Assembly: GCA_963751345.1 (NCBI GenBank)
Contig: CAVVUS010000030.1
Span: 224,001 to 288,000 of the forward strand
DNA from: an uncultured Chloroflexia bacterium
GTDB taxonomy: Bacteria; Chloroflexota; Anaerolineae; B4-G1; SLSP01
Direction: 5' to 3'
DNA length: 64,000 nt
The translations under genes and the position numbers were made by a program. The notes beneath the pieces were generated by a model. It was given only the letters and a program-made list of their open reading frames with translations. It did not search any database and was not told the origin of the DNA. Every line of letters starts with the position of its first letter. The stretch's first letter is position 1. Below are positions 31,590-41,967 of this stretch, piece by piece.

Positions 31590-32324
31590 ATGAACACCGA
31601 ACCCTTGATGACCATCATCATCCCTGCGTACAACGAGGCGCACCGGCTGCCGGAGACGTTGGAGCGCGTGTTGACCTTCGTGGGCTCTCGATCTGAGAGC
31701 CTGGATGTCATCGTCGTGAATAACAACAGTCGCGACGCCACAGGCGAGGTCGCCCGAGAGTTCGCCGCGAAAAGCCCTGTCCTGCAGGTCCTCGACCAGC
31801 CCATCCAGGGCAAAGGGGCTGCGGTGCGCAAGGGCATCCTGGCGGCAACCGGCGCCTACGCCTTCATCTGCGATGCGGATCTGGCGATGCCGATCGAGGA
31901 ATTGCCGCGCTTCTTTCCCGAGACGTTGGGGACCACGTATGACATTGCCATCGGCTCGCGGGAAGTGCCGGGCTCCCGGCGCTACAACGAGCCGGCATAC
32001 CGGCACCTGATGGGGCGGGTCTTCAACTTCGTCGTGCGCACGCTGGCGGTGCCGGGCATCCAGGACACCCAGTGCGGGTTCAAGGCGTTCCGGCGCGAAC
32101 CGGGGCAGGCGATCTTCTCAAAGCAGAAGATCGACGGGTTCGCCTTTGACGTGGAGGTGCTGGCCATCGCGCGCCGGTGGGATCTCAAGATCGTGGAGAT
32201 CGGCATCCCCTGGTACTATGGGCCGGGGGGCAGCGTTAGCCCGATCCGCGACTCCTGGCGGATGTTCCGTGAGGTAATGAAGATCCGCAGCAACGTCAAC
32301 GCGGGCATGTACGACCGCGCCTAG
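31590..32324 (+). CDS. GT2 polyprenyl/dolichyl-phosphate glucosyltransferase
   Basis: IIPAYNE, GKGAAV, CDADL, DTQCGFK, FDVE. Confidence 0.92.
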   Translation: MNTEPLMTIIIPAYNEAHRLPETLERVLTFVGSRSESLDVIVVNNNSRDATGEVAREFAAKSPVLQVLDQPIQGKGAAVRKGILAATGAYAFICDADLAMPIEELPRFFPETLGTTYDIAIGSREVPGSRRYNEPAYRHLMGRVFNFVVRTLAVPGIQDTQCGFKAFRREPGQAIFSKQKIDGFAFDVEVLAIARRWDLKIVEIGIPWYYGPGGSVSPIRDSWRMFREVMKIRSNVNAGMYDRA

Positions 32325-35300
32325 AGTGTGTCCAGCCCCTCGGCGGCCTCGATCAGGGTGTCTACCCGGTACTCCGACTGCGCCTCGGCGCTCCGAAGCT
32401 GGGTGACCAACGTGTAGGTGGCGGTGAAGCGCGCCACGAAGGCGTCATCGTCGAGCTCGGCACCCTCCAGCGCATCGAGGCAGAGCAGCCACCAGAGCCA
32501 CGCCTCGAACGACTCCCGGTTGAACCAGAGTACGTCGTTGTAGCGATTGACACCCAGGAAGGCCTGCACGTCCCGGTGCCTCAGGGCACGACGGAGCATG
32601 CGCGCAGGCTCCAGCGCAGGAGCAGGTGAGGGTTCCACCCCCTTCGACGTCCGAAGGCAGCCAATCGTGATGGGTCAGCAGCATCCGGACCGTCGCGATC
32701 ACGCGCTGCTGCGCAACGTCGGGCAACCCCAGGTCGGCCAACGCCTCCGCCAGGGCTTACGGAGCAGCCACGCGTCGAACCAATCCCGGCTGACGGCGGC
32801 AGCATTCTCCGCGTCGACCAGGCCGCCCAAACGGTGGGTGAAAAGCCAGCCAAAGAGCGCGCCCCACATCGCCCAGCCATCCGCGTCCCAGCCCGCCGCA
32901 AAGGCAGCCGCGGCGGCGGAGAAGCGCTCGGCCTCGTGCGGGGGAGCGACGCGCTGTGCCACAGCATCCGGAAGGGCCAGCAAGACCTCCAGGCGATCCA
33001 CCACACTCTCGACGAGATCCGCCTCGGGGAGACCGGCTATGCCATCCTCATCCATCACCAGCGTGGCGCCGCGGAAGAGATCCAGCACCTTCTGCGTGAC
33101 CTCTTCGAGGAACGCGGCGTCCTCGGCCTCGGCCACCTTGGCTTCCACCGCATCGGCATCGGCTGCCCCAGTCGCACCGGCTGCCGCAGCCGCACCGGCT
33201 GTTGCAGCCGCACCGGCTGTTGCAGCCGCGTGGTCCACTAACCAGCGGAAGAGCCGGAGCGCTCACCAGCATACGAAACGGCACGTGGACCGGGCCAAGC
33301 ACCAGCTCCTGGAGTGCCTCGTCGATGTCGGGGACGCCCTGCCCCTTCAGGTGATCGTTGAGCTGGGCATAGTGGTGCTGGTCGTTGTCGAGAATCTCGC
33401 GGAAATCGACGAAGGCATTGACCTGATAGGCGAAGAGCTCGGCGAAGAGCCCGTGTTCGTGTAGATCGCGGCAGCTACGGATGAATTCGAGGCCGTTGAC
33501 GACGTCCCGGAAGATCAGGAAGCGGTTGGGATCGTCGGTGATCCCCAGCCCATCGCCCAGCGACGTCTGAACCAGCCGCTTGCCGCCATCGGCATCCTTG
33601 ACGGCATAGCCCACCGACATACGCACCCAGCCGCGGGTGTCGCCATAGCGATTGTTGTAGAGAATCAGCGCACGCTGATCGCCCACGCGGTTGGAATAGG
33701 CAAAGACGTTCTCATCCACCGCGCCATCCGGCGTGAAGAAGTCATAGAGGTAGAACGCCTCAACGCCGGCAAAGAGATAGCGCCGGCGCAGGAGCGGGAC
33801 AATCTGGCGCTCGTGCCGGTCGACCAGGCCCTGGTCGGGCTGCTCGTTCCAATAGGCCTGCCTGTACTCCATGCCGTACTTCTCGGCATATCCCTCGATC
33901 TGGCCGTGACCGATCATCGGCAGCCCGGGCACGGTGACCATCATCGTGCAGACCCCGAAGTACTTGTCCCCCTTGCCAAACTGATCGACCGCCGTGCGCT
34001 CGTCAGGGTTGTTCATGAAGTTGACGTAGCGGCGCAGGATCTCAGGGTCAAACTCCAGCGTGTTCTTCATCACCTCGCGATACTCCGCGTTCAGCTCATC
34101 GCGCAGCATGTTCATGAAGGCGCTGTTGTAGACGCGATGCATCCCCAGGGTGCGCACGAAGTAGCCCTCCATCATCCAGAAGGCCTCGGCGAGCAGCAGC
34201 GTATCGGGCACCTCCGCCGCCACCCTGTCGACGACCTCGCGCCAGAACTCCTCCGGCATGCGCCGGTCGAACTCGGCCTTGGTGAGGCCGAACTCCGCGC
34301 GGGAGGGGATGTCGCCGCCGGTGCCGGGCTCCGGGAACCACAGGCGCTGGTAGTGCCGCTTGGCCAGCGTCATCGCGGCATCAAAGCGGATGATCGGCGA
34401 GCGCCGGGCTACGTCAAGGATGGTGCGGATGACCGCCTCACGCACCTCGGGGTTCAGGTAATCGAGTTGGGCGGTATCGTTCCAGGGCATCTGCGTGCCG
34501 TCGTTGCCATGGTAGATATAGCGGGTGCTGCCGGTCCAATGGTCGCGCCGCTGGAACGCCACCGCCGCATCGGTGCGCTCGTAGTAGTGATCCTCCAGGT
34601 AGATGCCCACCCGGTCGTCGTCACAGAGATCGGGACCGTTGTAGGAATAGGAGGGAAAAGGGCTGTAGTCGAGGCCGACGAACCAATCGGGATGGTGGAC
34701 GACCCAGTCGGAGTCGATGCCCATGTGGTTGGGGACCATATCGCTGGCCATACGAATGCCGCGAGCCCAGGCACGCGCCCTGAGCTGCTCGAAGGCCGGC
34801 TCGCCCCCAAGGTCATCGGCCACCGTGTACGTCATGATCGAGTAGGCGGAGGCCACCGCCTCGGGGTTCCCCATCATCTGCTTGATCTTCCTGGATGCCT
34901 TACTCCGCTCCCACAGCCCGATCAGCCAGAGCGCCGTAAAGCCAAAGCGGCGCAGCCGGTCGAACTCCTCATCCGGCACGTCGTCCAGGTGGCGGATCTC
35001 ACGCCCATAGGCCTGCGACAGTTGATCCAGCCAGACGTAGACGTTCTTGGCCATCATCACCGCGCGGGGCATCCAATCCTTGTCGGGGCTGAAGTTCTCA
35101 GGTTCCGCCGCCAGCTCGCCGAACTCGTAGACCTCGGCGGGACCCGGCCCAAAGCCGAAGAACGCCTTCGCCTCCTCCTCCAGGAAGTCGAGGCTGCTGA
35201 GCAGGCGAGAGAGGTAGGATCCGAGCAAGTTGCCCCAGCGGGCGCGAATATAGGCCAACTGGGCGTGCCAGGAGCCCGGCGCCGCGAGGGCGGGACCCCG

Positions 35301-35975
35301 GAGGATGTCGAAGAGACTCTCGTTCTGGGGGCCGAAGCCCGGCTGATCCGCAAAGAACGCCTTCAGGAGATCCGCGAAGGCCGGATAGGCCTCGGTCTGC
35401 TCCAACGCCGTGTCATCGAACAACTCGGAGAAAGGGAGTGCGGCGGGGTTCTCGTTGGTCATCCACAGCAGCAGCATTTCCTCCAGAACCGCAGCGCGGA
35501 CCACCTCCGCTCTCCCTCCCACCCGAGGGAGGGGAGCGAGATACTCCTCGATCGTCTGCTTGCCCCTATGGACCGCGACCGGGGGAAACTCCTCAAGAAA
35601 CGTGACCAGGGCTTCCTCGACCTGCGGCTTGCCCAGCCGATCCTCCAGGAAGGCCAGCGCCTCCTCCATCACACGGGGCTTCCGCTGTTGGCGGTACTGT
35701 GCCACGATGTAGTGGAGGATCTCGTCGACGAGCCCCATCGCGTTGATATCGCCCGCGCGGACGCTCCGCTCGGGATGATTCACCACATCCCGTTGTTCGT
35801 TGATCCGCTGCGCGAAGAGACGGGCCGCGCGGAAATTCGCGAAGATGACATTGCCGTTGAAGGAGAAAAATGCGTCGTCGAAACCATAACGGTTTCGAGC
35901 CGCTCGGGAGACGTGGAACTCACGGACGACGAACTCCTGCGCGCGGACCGCCTGCGGGCGGATAGACATAGTCAA
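32321..35975 (-). CDS. Large GH13 alpha-amylase-family protein (~1200 aa), C-terminal frameshifts
   Basis: DMVPNH, IRFDAAM, LAEAFW, MNNPDE; continues in ORFs 32699-33238 and 32321-32638. Confidence 0.88.
33160..33230. repeat. 18-bp coding tandem repeat
   Basis: GCAGCCGCACCGGCTGTT, about 3.5 copies, encodes AAATAG repeats. Confidence 0.85.
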
Positions 35976-36315
35976 CGCCTTTTCGGGGTTAGTGGGATCA
36001 ACGAATGAAGCTAATAGCGAAACCGAGGATCATGCTCACGACCAGCAGAACGCTGATCGCCAAGAACACAATCCGGATCGTGCTGACGCCTCGTCGTCGT
36101 TTTTCGACATAGGCCGTGCTCCTTTCCAAAAGATAAGCGGGGACACACGATGTCCTTAGACGGTGTATTCCTACAATACAACAGCTTCATTATAGCACAA
36201 AGGGGACAGGGAGTAGGAGCGAGGGCGCTCCCGGAAGGCAGAGACCTACCGGCTATCACTCCGTCTCATACACTCTCGCGATCTGCGCGGCGAAATCCGC
36301 CATGAGGGGGAACCT

Positions 36316-36534
36316 GTGGAGATCGTGGAATTCCCGGAAGGGCCGTACGCGGTGAAGACGGTGCATCTGCGCGATCCGGGGAGCGACATCGGCAGTACCT
36401 GGCAGGAGCTCGTCGTCTGGCGCGAGCAAAGCGCCTACAAGGCCGCCGACCATCAGTGGCTGGAGCATCACTTCCACGTTGGTGTGCCGGGGCACGACTT
36501 CGACCTGGATCTCTATCTGCCCATCGCGAAGTAG
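36316..36534 (+). pseudogene. C-terminal fragment of a GyrI-like effector domain
   Basis: EIVEFPEGPYAV...IGSTWQELVVW...HQWLE...DLYLPI; no N-terminal part or RBS. Confidence 0.6.
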
Positions 36535-36638
36535 GCGATGCGACGCGCGGCCCTTCGCAGGAAAGAAGATGAATGAGAGAATGGGAATACACCCCGACCG
36601 GCGTCGGGGGAAACCTTGCGAAGGGTCGCGTTGGCCAG

Positions 36639-36801
36639 AAAATGGGTTCGTTTCGTAATAAGGCGGGGGCTGGGGAGCAGGATTTGGGGAGAAGAAGACG
36701 AGTCATGGCCAAAATGGGTTCGTTTGGTAATAGGCAGGGACTAGGGAGTAGGAATTGAGGAGAGAGGACCAGCCATTGCCAAAATGGGTTCGTTTCGTAA
36801 T
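36639..36801 (-). repeat. 3 x 21-nt direct-repeat array (copy B)
   Basis: ATTAC(G/C)AAACGAACCCATTTT at 36781-36801, 36711-36731 and 36639-36659; periods 70 and 72. Confidence 0.92.
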
Positions 36802-36921
36802 GAGGGGGGCCGGGTGTAGGACTGGGGAGAAGGGGACGCAACGTGGTAGTGCGGCGAGGCGGGACTGCGGGCTGCGTCTCGGTAGGGCGTTGGACGCGGT
36901 CATCGGGTAGGTCTCCTGGAT

Positions 36922-36972
36922 TGTATAATAGATCTTTTGTTCTATTATACAGGCGAACTCGACCCCAATCAA
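36922..36972 (-). promoter_or_regulatory. Sigma70 promoter with palindromic LexA-like operator (copy B)
   Basis: TTGATT-N17-TATAAT; TGTATAATAGA-ACAAAAGA-TCTATTATACA. Confidence 0.72.
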
Positions 36973-37095
36973 GGCTCCAGGTCGGCCAACTTGCTGTCGA
37001 GCGCGCGAAGACCAGGGGGATGATCGCCCGGTAGCGATGGTGCCCATCGAGCTGATCGAAGAGGTGCTTGCCGAGCGCGAGGCATGCGTGAGGCA

Positions 37096-37172
37096 GTAGC
37101 GCCGCCCGGGGACGAGTCCCCGGGCTACGAAGCAGCGCCCGGTGAACCGGGCTTTCTGAGCCTTCGCTACAG
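37096..37172. repeat. GTAG/CTAC REP-like hairpin cluster
   Basis: GCCCGGGGAC-GA-GTCCCCGGGC-TAC and GCCCGGT-GA-ACCGGGC. Confidence 0.7.
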
Positions 37173-37428
37173 CCACAAGCCCACTTGCCTGGCGGGGCGC
37201 GTCGCAGGCCCCGTCCCGGCCAGCTCTGTTGTGCGCCGTCAGTCTACTTCGTACTCCGCGGCGGCTTCGCACATCACGATGCTCTCCGTGTCGACCGGCG
37301 GATAGGGCCCGGGGGTGCCATAGCCTCCCAGGCGGCCTACGGCGGTCTCGATCGCGGGGACGCAGTCACGGCACGGTCGTGCGGGAGGGGAAAGCGGGCC
37401 ATCGACGACGCGCGATCTCCTCGAGGAC

Positions 37429-37758
37429 TCAGGGGACCCTGAGCACCTCGGTGGTCCGTTTCCCCCAGCTGCCATCCTCCTTCTGTCGGGGCACATCGAA
37501 TCCAAGGATACCCTCTTCCACAAGGAAGATGAATTCCTGGCCGTCGGACTGGCGGACGACGACGGTGTCGGTTGGCTCCGGGCCGCGTTGGCGGTACTCG
37601 AAACCGGCCGGGAGGGGATAGTGGCGGTCGAAGTCGGCCGGGGTCCGGAGTTCTGGCTCGTCGATCATGCTCCGGGTCGGGTAACGGCGTGGGGATGCCG
37701 CCGGTCGGCGGGCGGGCGCCGCCTGCTTCTTGCCAAAAAGCTTACGTAGAAGCCCCAT
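37429..37758 (-). CDS. Small hypothetical protein
   Basis: 109 aa, MGLLRKLFG start, AAGGAGG RBS. Confidence 0.65.
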   Translation of the reverse strand: MGLLRKLFGKKQAAPARRPAASPRRYPTRSMIDEPELRTPADFDRHYPLPAGFEYRQRGPEPTDTVVVRQSDGQEFIFLVEEGILGFDVPRQKEDGSWGKRTTEVLRVP

Positions 37759-37834
37759 CGTGACGCCTCCTTCGGTGCTACCTGACGTTACCTTCCGCGT
37801 GGCCGATGGCGTGTCGTTGCGCCGGCCGACGCCC

Positions 37835-37927
37835 CTACGCCAGATCCGCCGCGATCTCCGCGGCGAGGACGTCGGGCTCGGGCGGGTTGGCAGTCTCCTC
37901 CAGCGACTCGTCGCGAATCCGGAAGAT
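37835..37927 (-). pseudogene. C-terminal remnant of a type I R-M methyltransferase (HsdM)
   Basis: IFRIRDESLEETANPPEPDVLAAEIAADLA* resembles the HsdM tail IFWLKDESLED..LPEPDVLA.EI..DL. Confidence 0.6.
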
Positions 37928-38116
37928 GGGGTGTGGACATAGCTTGTCGCAGTTGGACGTGCGGCGTCGCGCTTCCTAGAAGACTGTTTTTCGACAGACC
38001 CAGTCTACTATCAGGTCAGCAGTATCGCAAGACAATGCCTCCAAAGGCGGGCGCATCGCGAACTCGGATCGGGCCCACGGACCAGGTGGCGCTCACCCAC
38101 GCTGATCATCTCCGCG

Positions 38117-38199
38117 GTAGAGACGGGGCGGCGCCCCGTCTTCTGCCCGCAGCATACACGGCGCGGAGCCAGAAGATGCCCCGGCGGGGCGTCTTCTAC
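38117..38199. repeat. GTAG REP doublet
   Basis: GTAGAGACGGGGCGGCGCCCCGTCTTCTG...CAGAAGATGCCCCGGCGGGGCGTCTTCTAC. Confidence 0.75.
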
Positions 38200-38296
38200 A
38201 GGTGCAGCGACTGAGACGCGTACGCCCTGCAATGCCTCCCTACCACGCCGTATGCGGATGCCTTCGCCGCGCTGTGCCCGCCCGGAGGGGCTCGGA

Positions 38297-39457
38297 CTAC
38301 CAGAGCTTCGGCCGCGGACGACGGAGCGCCCGACCCTTCCACGTCAGGCCGTTGCCGAGGCTGATCAGGAGTGACCAAAGGGCCAGCGCTGTCATCACGA
38401 GCGTCGTGGCCGGGTAGAGCGCAGCCACGTACGCCGGCACGCGCAACTCGCGATAGGGGATCAGCCACAGCATCAGGGCGACGCCAATGCACACGAGCGT
38501 CGTGCCAAGCGACACGTCGGGCGCCAGGCCCAGACCGTAGAGCGCCAGGTCTGCGAGCGGCACGAGGAACATCACCGCCAGCCATAGCCACGCGGCCAAG
38601 TAGGGCACAAGCCGGAAGTCGAAAGCCGCAAACAGGTTCTTGGCGAACCCCGCCCACGCCTCGCGGCCGCTCCTGTACATGCGACACGAGACCAGATCGA
38701 CCGCGCTCATCATCCGCGCGCGGTATCCCATCGCCGTGATGCGCCGGGCGAGCGCGAGATCGTCCACAATCGAGGCGCGCACCGAGGCGTGGCCCCCGAT
38801 CGCATCATACGCCGTACGCCGGAAGAGCATCATCTGCCCGACGGCACACGAGAGCGCCCGACGGTTCAGGCGGTAGGCCAGCGGGAGCGGCAGGAAGGAG
38901 AGCATCACCCAGGAGAAGAACGGGACGGTCAGCTTCTCGCCCCAGGTGGGCACCTCCTGACGTGGGAAGCCGCTCACCAAGCCGGCTTGCTCGCCCTCGA
39001 TCGCCGACACGGCTGCGCGCAGCGCCCCGGGTCGGTGGAACGTGTCGGCATCCGTGAAGTAGAGCATCTCGCCGGTCGCACGGGAGGCAAGCTGGGCGCA
39101 GGCCCAGTTCTTCCCGAGCCAGCCCGCCGCCAGGGGGCGTCCATCGAGCACGACCAGACGTGGGTCGGCCTGCGCAAGCGTCCGGAGGATGGCACGGGTG
39201 CGGTCGGTCGACGCGTCGTCGAGGACCAGCACCTCGAAGTCGGGGTAGTCCTGCGAGAGCAGCGACCGGACGCAGCGTTCGATGTTGGCCTGCTCATTGC
39301 GCGCGGGCACCAGGATCGACACCTTGGGCAGGCGCGCCCCAGCGGGGTGCCCCGCGGCGCGCCGCAGCGCCCGCGCGTTGCCGAGCGCGATGAAGACCAG
39401 GATCGCCTGGAAGAAGATCAGGTGCACGATCAGGTCGTGTGTGAGGAAACGCGCCAT
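38297..39457 (-). CDS. GT2 glycosyltransferase (CruC/CrtQ-like)
   Basis: VPARNE, LDDASTD, GWLGKNWAC, FTDAD, IVDDLALAR, CRMY. Confidence 0.88.
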   Translation of the reverse strand: MARFLTHDLIVHLIFFQAILVFIALGNARALRRAAGHPAGARLPKVSILVPARNEQANIERCVRSLLSQDYPDFEVLVLDDASTDRTRAILRTLAQADPRLVVLDGRPLAAGWLGKNWACAQLASRATGEMLYFTDADTFHRPGALRAAVSAIEGEQAGLVSGFPRQEVPTWGEKLTVPFFSWVMLSFLPLPLAYRLNRRALSCAVGQMMLFRRTAYDAIGGHASVRASIVDDLALARRITAMGYRARMMSAVDLVSCRMYRSGREAWAGFAKNLFAAFDFRLVPYLAAWLWLAVMFLVPLADLALYGLGLAPDVSLGTTLVCIGVALMLWLIPYRELRVPAYVAALYPATTLVMTALALWSLLISLGNGLTWKGRALRRPRPKLW

Positions 39458-39469
39458 CGCTGTGAACCG

Positions 39470-40090
39470 TCAGCGCCGGCGCGCGATCCAGCCGCGCAGA
39501 TGTGGACGGCGGCGCAGGTCCGTGCGGTGCGTCCAGGCAAGCACGACCACCTGCGCCGCAAGGACGGCCAGGAACAGGGGATTGGGCATCCAGACGACCA
39601 GGATCGCAGCCAACCCCAGAAGCGTCAGCATCACGGCCCAGCCGTCGACGTCGAGAAGCGCGGTCCAGAAGAGGATCGACAGAAGCGCCGGCAGCGAGAG
39701 CCGCCACAGCGTCAGGCCGATCCACACGCCCAGCGTCACCGCCAGTGCTTTGCCTCCGTGGAAGCCGAGGAATGGAGAGAAGGCGTGACCCAGGAGCGTG
39801 GCAGTCGCGATGAGCACCATCGGCAGCCCGCGAATTCCCAGGTTGACGTACGCCCACCCGACCGGTGCGGCGGCCTTGGCAACGTCGAGCATCAGGGAGA
39901 GTACGCCCACGAGCGGCCCGCCGGCGCGGAAGGCATTCGTCGCGCCCGGGTTGCCATCGCCAAAACGACGCACGTCTGCACGGGCCAGGGCCTGGCCCAG
40001 CCAGACGGAGAAGGGCAGAGACCCACAGACGAATGACAGCCCGACGAGGGCCGGCAGAAGCAGCAGCGATGGTGCCATATTGTTGGGCAT
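39470..40090 (-). CDS. PlsY-family acyltransferase
   Basis: GSLPFS, GDGNPGATN, GHAFSPFLGFHGGKALA. Confidence 0.88.
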   Translation of the reverse strand: MPNNMAPSLLLLPALVGLSFVCGSLPFSVWLGQALARADVRRFGDGNPGATNAFRAGGPLVGVLSLMLDVAKAAAPVGWAYVNLGIRGLPMVLIATATLLGHAFSPFLGFHGGKALAVTLGVWIGLTLWRLSLPALLSILFWTALLDVDGWAVMLTLLGLAAILVVWMPNPLFLAVLAAQVVVLAWTHRTDLRRRPHLRGWIARRR

Positions 40091-40516
40091 CCGGCTCCTA
40101 ACATCCCGGGTAGGGCGATTTCAGCAAGGTCTAGCCGAACATGCGCCAACGCTCGCGGTCAGCGGAGGTGCGGGGTCAGGCGGCCGGTCCACCTCTCCTG
40201 CGACACTCTTTGTCGGATGGGCAGAGTGTCTTGCTTACCTTTGGACGAGGGCCGGCTCTGCCCGTGAGCCTAGGATACCACGGGTTGATGGAGGTCGCGA
40301 ATCCATGCAAACAAGACCATGGACGGCTTACGCGGTGCCACCGGCGTAGTTCAGAACCGGACGAAATGATCGAATGGGGGCTGTTGCCGCATGTCCCGGG
40401 GGTACTGCCAGTGCTGTCATACGACTGGATTTTAGGTGACAGAAAGCGCAGGTTGCGGGGCTGGCAATTGGACGCTAAACTGGCTATTGAACAAGAGCAC
40501 CATCAGGGAGCATGAG

Positions 40517-41686
40517 ATGCGGCGCGAGGACTTTGCAGGGTCACAGGCAGCATACCTGGTCCGGACGACTCAGTCAGGGCAGACATCGTGGGCTTACGTT
40601 CCGCCGGCTTTGCCGCCCGAACTGGACTGGACGGACGTGCAGCTCCGTCGGGCTCTCTCGGAAGCTGACCGTACCCTTGGAGAGCTGGCCGGACTAGGAC
40701 GAACGCTCCCCAATCCGCGCCTTCTGATCGCGCCCTTCGTACGTCGCGAGGCAGTGCTCTCGTCCCGCATTGAGGGGACACGTGCGGGACTCGGTGACGT
40801 GTATGCGTACGAGTCAGGGCAGCTTGCATTGCCGGGACTGGGGCCGGAGGAAGAGACGGATGTCCGAGAGGTGGTGAACTATGTACGAGCCCTCGAATTC
40901 GGGCAGGCCCAGGTAGTTTCAGGACAGCCTGTCAACCTATGGCTGATTCGAGGGCTGCACGCCGAGCTATTGAAGGGGGTGCGCGGCGCCCAGCGACATC
41001 CGGGTGAATTCAGAAAGATCCAGAACTTCATCGGGAAAACCGATTCATTGGGGGATGCCTCGTTTGTCCCTCCACCACCGTTGCACGTGCAGCAGTGTCT
41101 GGAGGAACTCGAGCGATACATACTAGCCGCGGATCCTGAAGCATCGCTGGTGCGATTGGCGTTTATCCATTATCAGTTTGAGGCCATCCATCCCTTTGAG
41201 GACGGCAACGGACGGATCGGGAGGTTGCTGGTGCCGCTGCTGTTGCTGGCGTGGGAATTGGTGCCGGAGCCGTTGCTGTACTTGAGTGCCTATCTTGAGC
41301 GGCATCGGGAGAGGTATTTCGGGCACTTGCTGGAGGTAAGTCAGCAGGGCAGCTGGCAGCCCTGGGTGATTTTCTTCCTGAGAGGCGTAGCGCAAGAAGC
41401 ACGTGATGCCGTAGGGCGAGCGCGAATCCTGCAGGATCTGCGTGAGGGATGGCGAGCCAAACTGATGGAAATGATTGTTGCCCCATCGGTGATGGCGCTG
41501 CTGGAGCTGGTGTTTGAACGACCTGTGATGAGCGCCCCCAAAGCGGAAGAGGCGCTGGGCGTTAGCTATCGCACGGCAAGCCTGGCGATTCAGCGACTGG
41601 AATCAGCAGGAATTCTCACTCAGATAGACGGAAGCTCGCATCCACGTCAGTATGCGGCCGAGGAGATCCTGGCTGCGTTACGCTAG
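40517..41686 (+). CDS. Fic-family protein with N-terminal inhibitory helix and C-terminal wHTH
   Basis: HPFEDGNGRIGR catalytic motif; EAVLSSRIEG inhibitory motif. Confidence 0.93.
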   Translation: MRREDFAGSQAAYLVRTTQSGQTSWAYVPPALPPELDWTDVQLRRALSEADRTLGELAGLGRTLPNPRLLIAPFVRREAVLSSRIEGTRAGLGDVYAYESGQLALPGLGPEEETDVREVVNYVRALEFGQAQVVSGQPVNLWLIRGLHAELLKGVRGAQRHPGEFRKIQNFIGKTDSLGDASFVPPPPLHVQQCLEELERYILAADPEASLVRLAFIHYQFEAIHPFEDGNGRIGRLLVPLLLLAWELVPEPLLYLSAYLERHRERYFGHLLEVSQQGSWQPWVIFFLRGVAQEARDAVGRARILQDLREGWRAKLMEMIVAPSVMALLELVFERPVMSAPKAEEALGVSYRTASLAIQRLESAGILTQIDGSSHPRQYAAEEILAALR

Positions 41687-41967
41687 GAATCTATCGATCC
41701 TTATCATTTTGGGGGCATTTTGATACTTTACCGTCGAAAAGTATCAAATCATAGGGCGAACTGATACTCAAGTACCATTTACGGTGTTGAGGGTGGGACA
41801 ACAACCAGTAACGAGTGACGATGGACGTGAGGACGTGAGGACGTCGTCTCGCCCGGTCCGGTCACTCCCCGACGCAGTCGAGGCCATCACGCGTCACGTC
41901 CCACACAAGCCGACCGAGGCTCTCGTGTGAGCCTCGGCCGACGGCGATGTCCGATTGCGCGTCGCCG

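Noticed and set aside
33813-36008. Long antisense ORFs (also 48913-51177, 10754-12172, 41947-43425, 38789-40036, 45327-46769)
   Set aside because: These are shadows of real high-GC genes on the opposite strand and have no motifs of their own.
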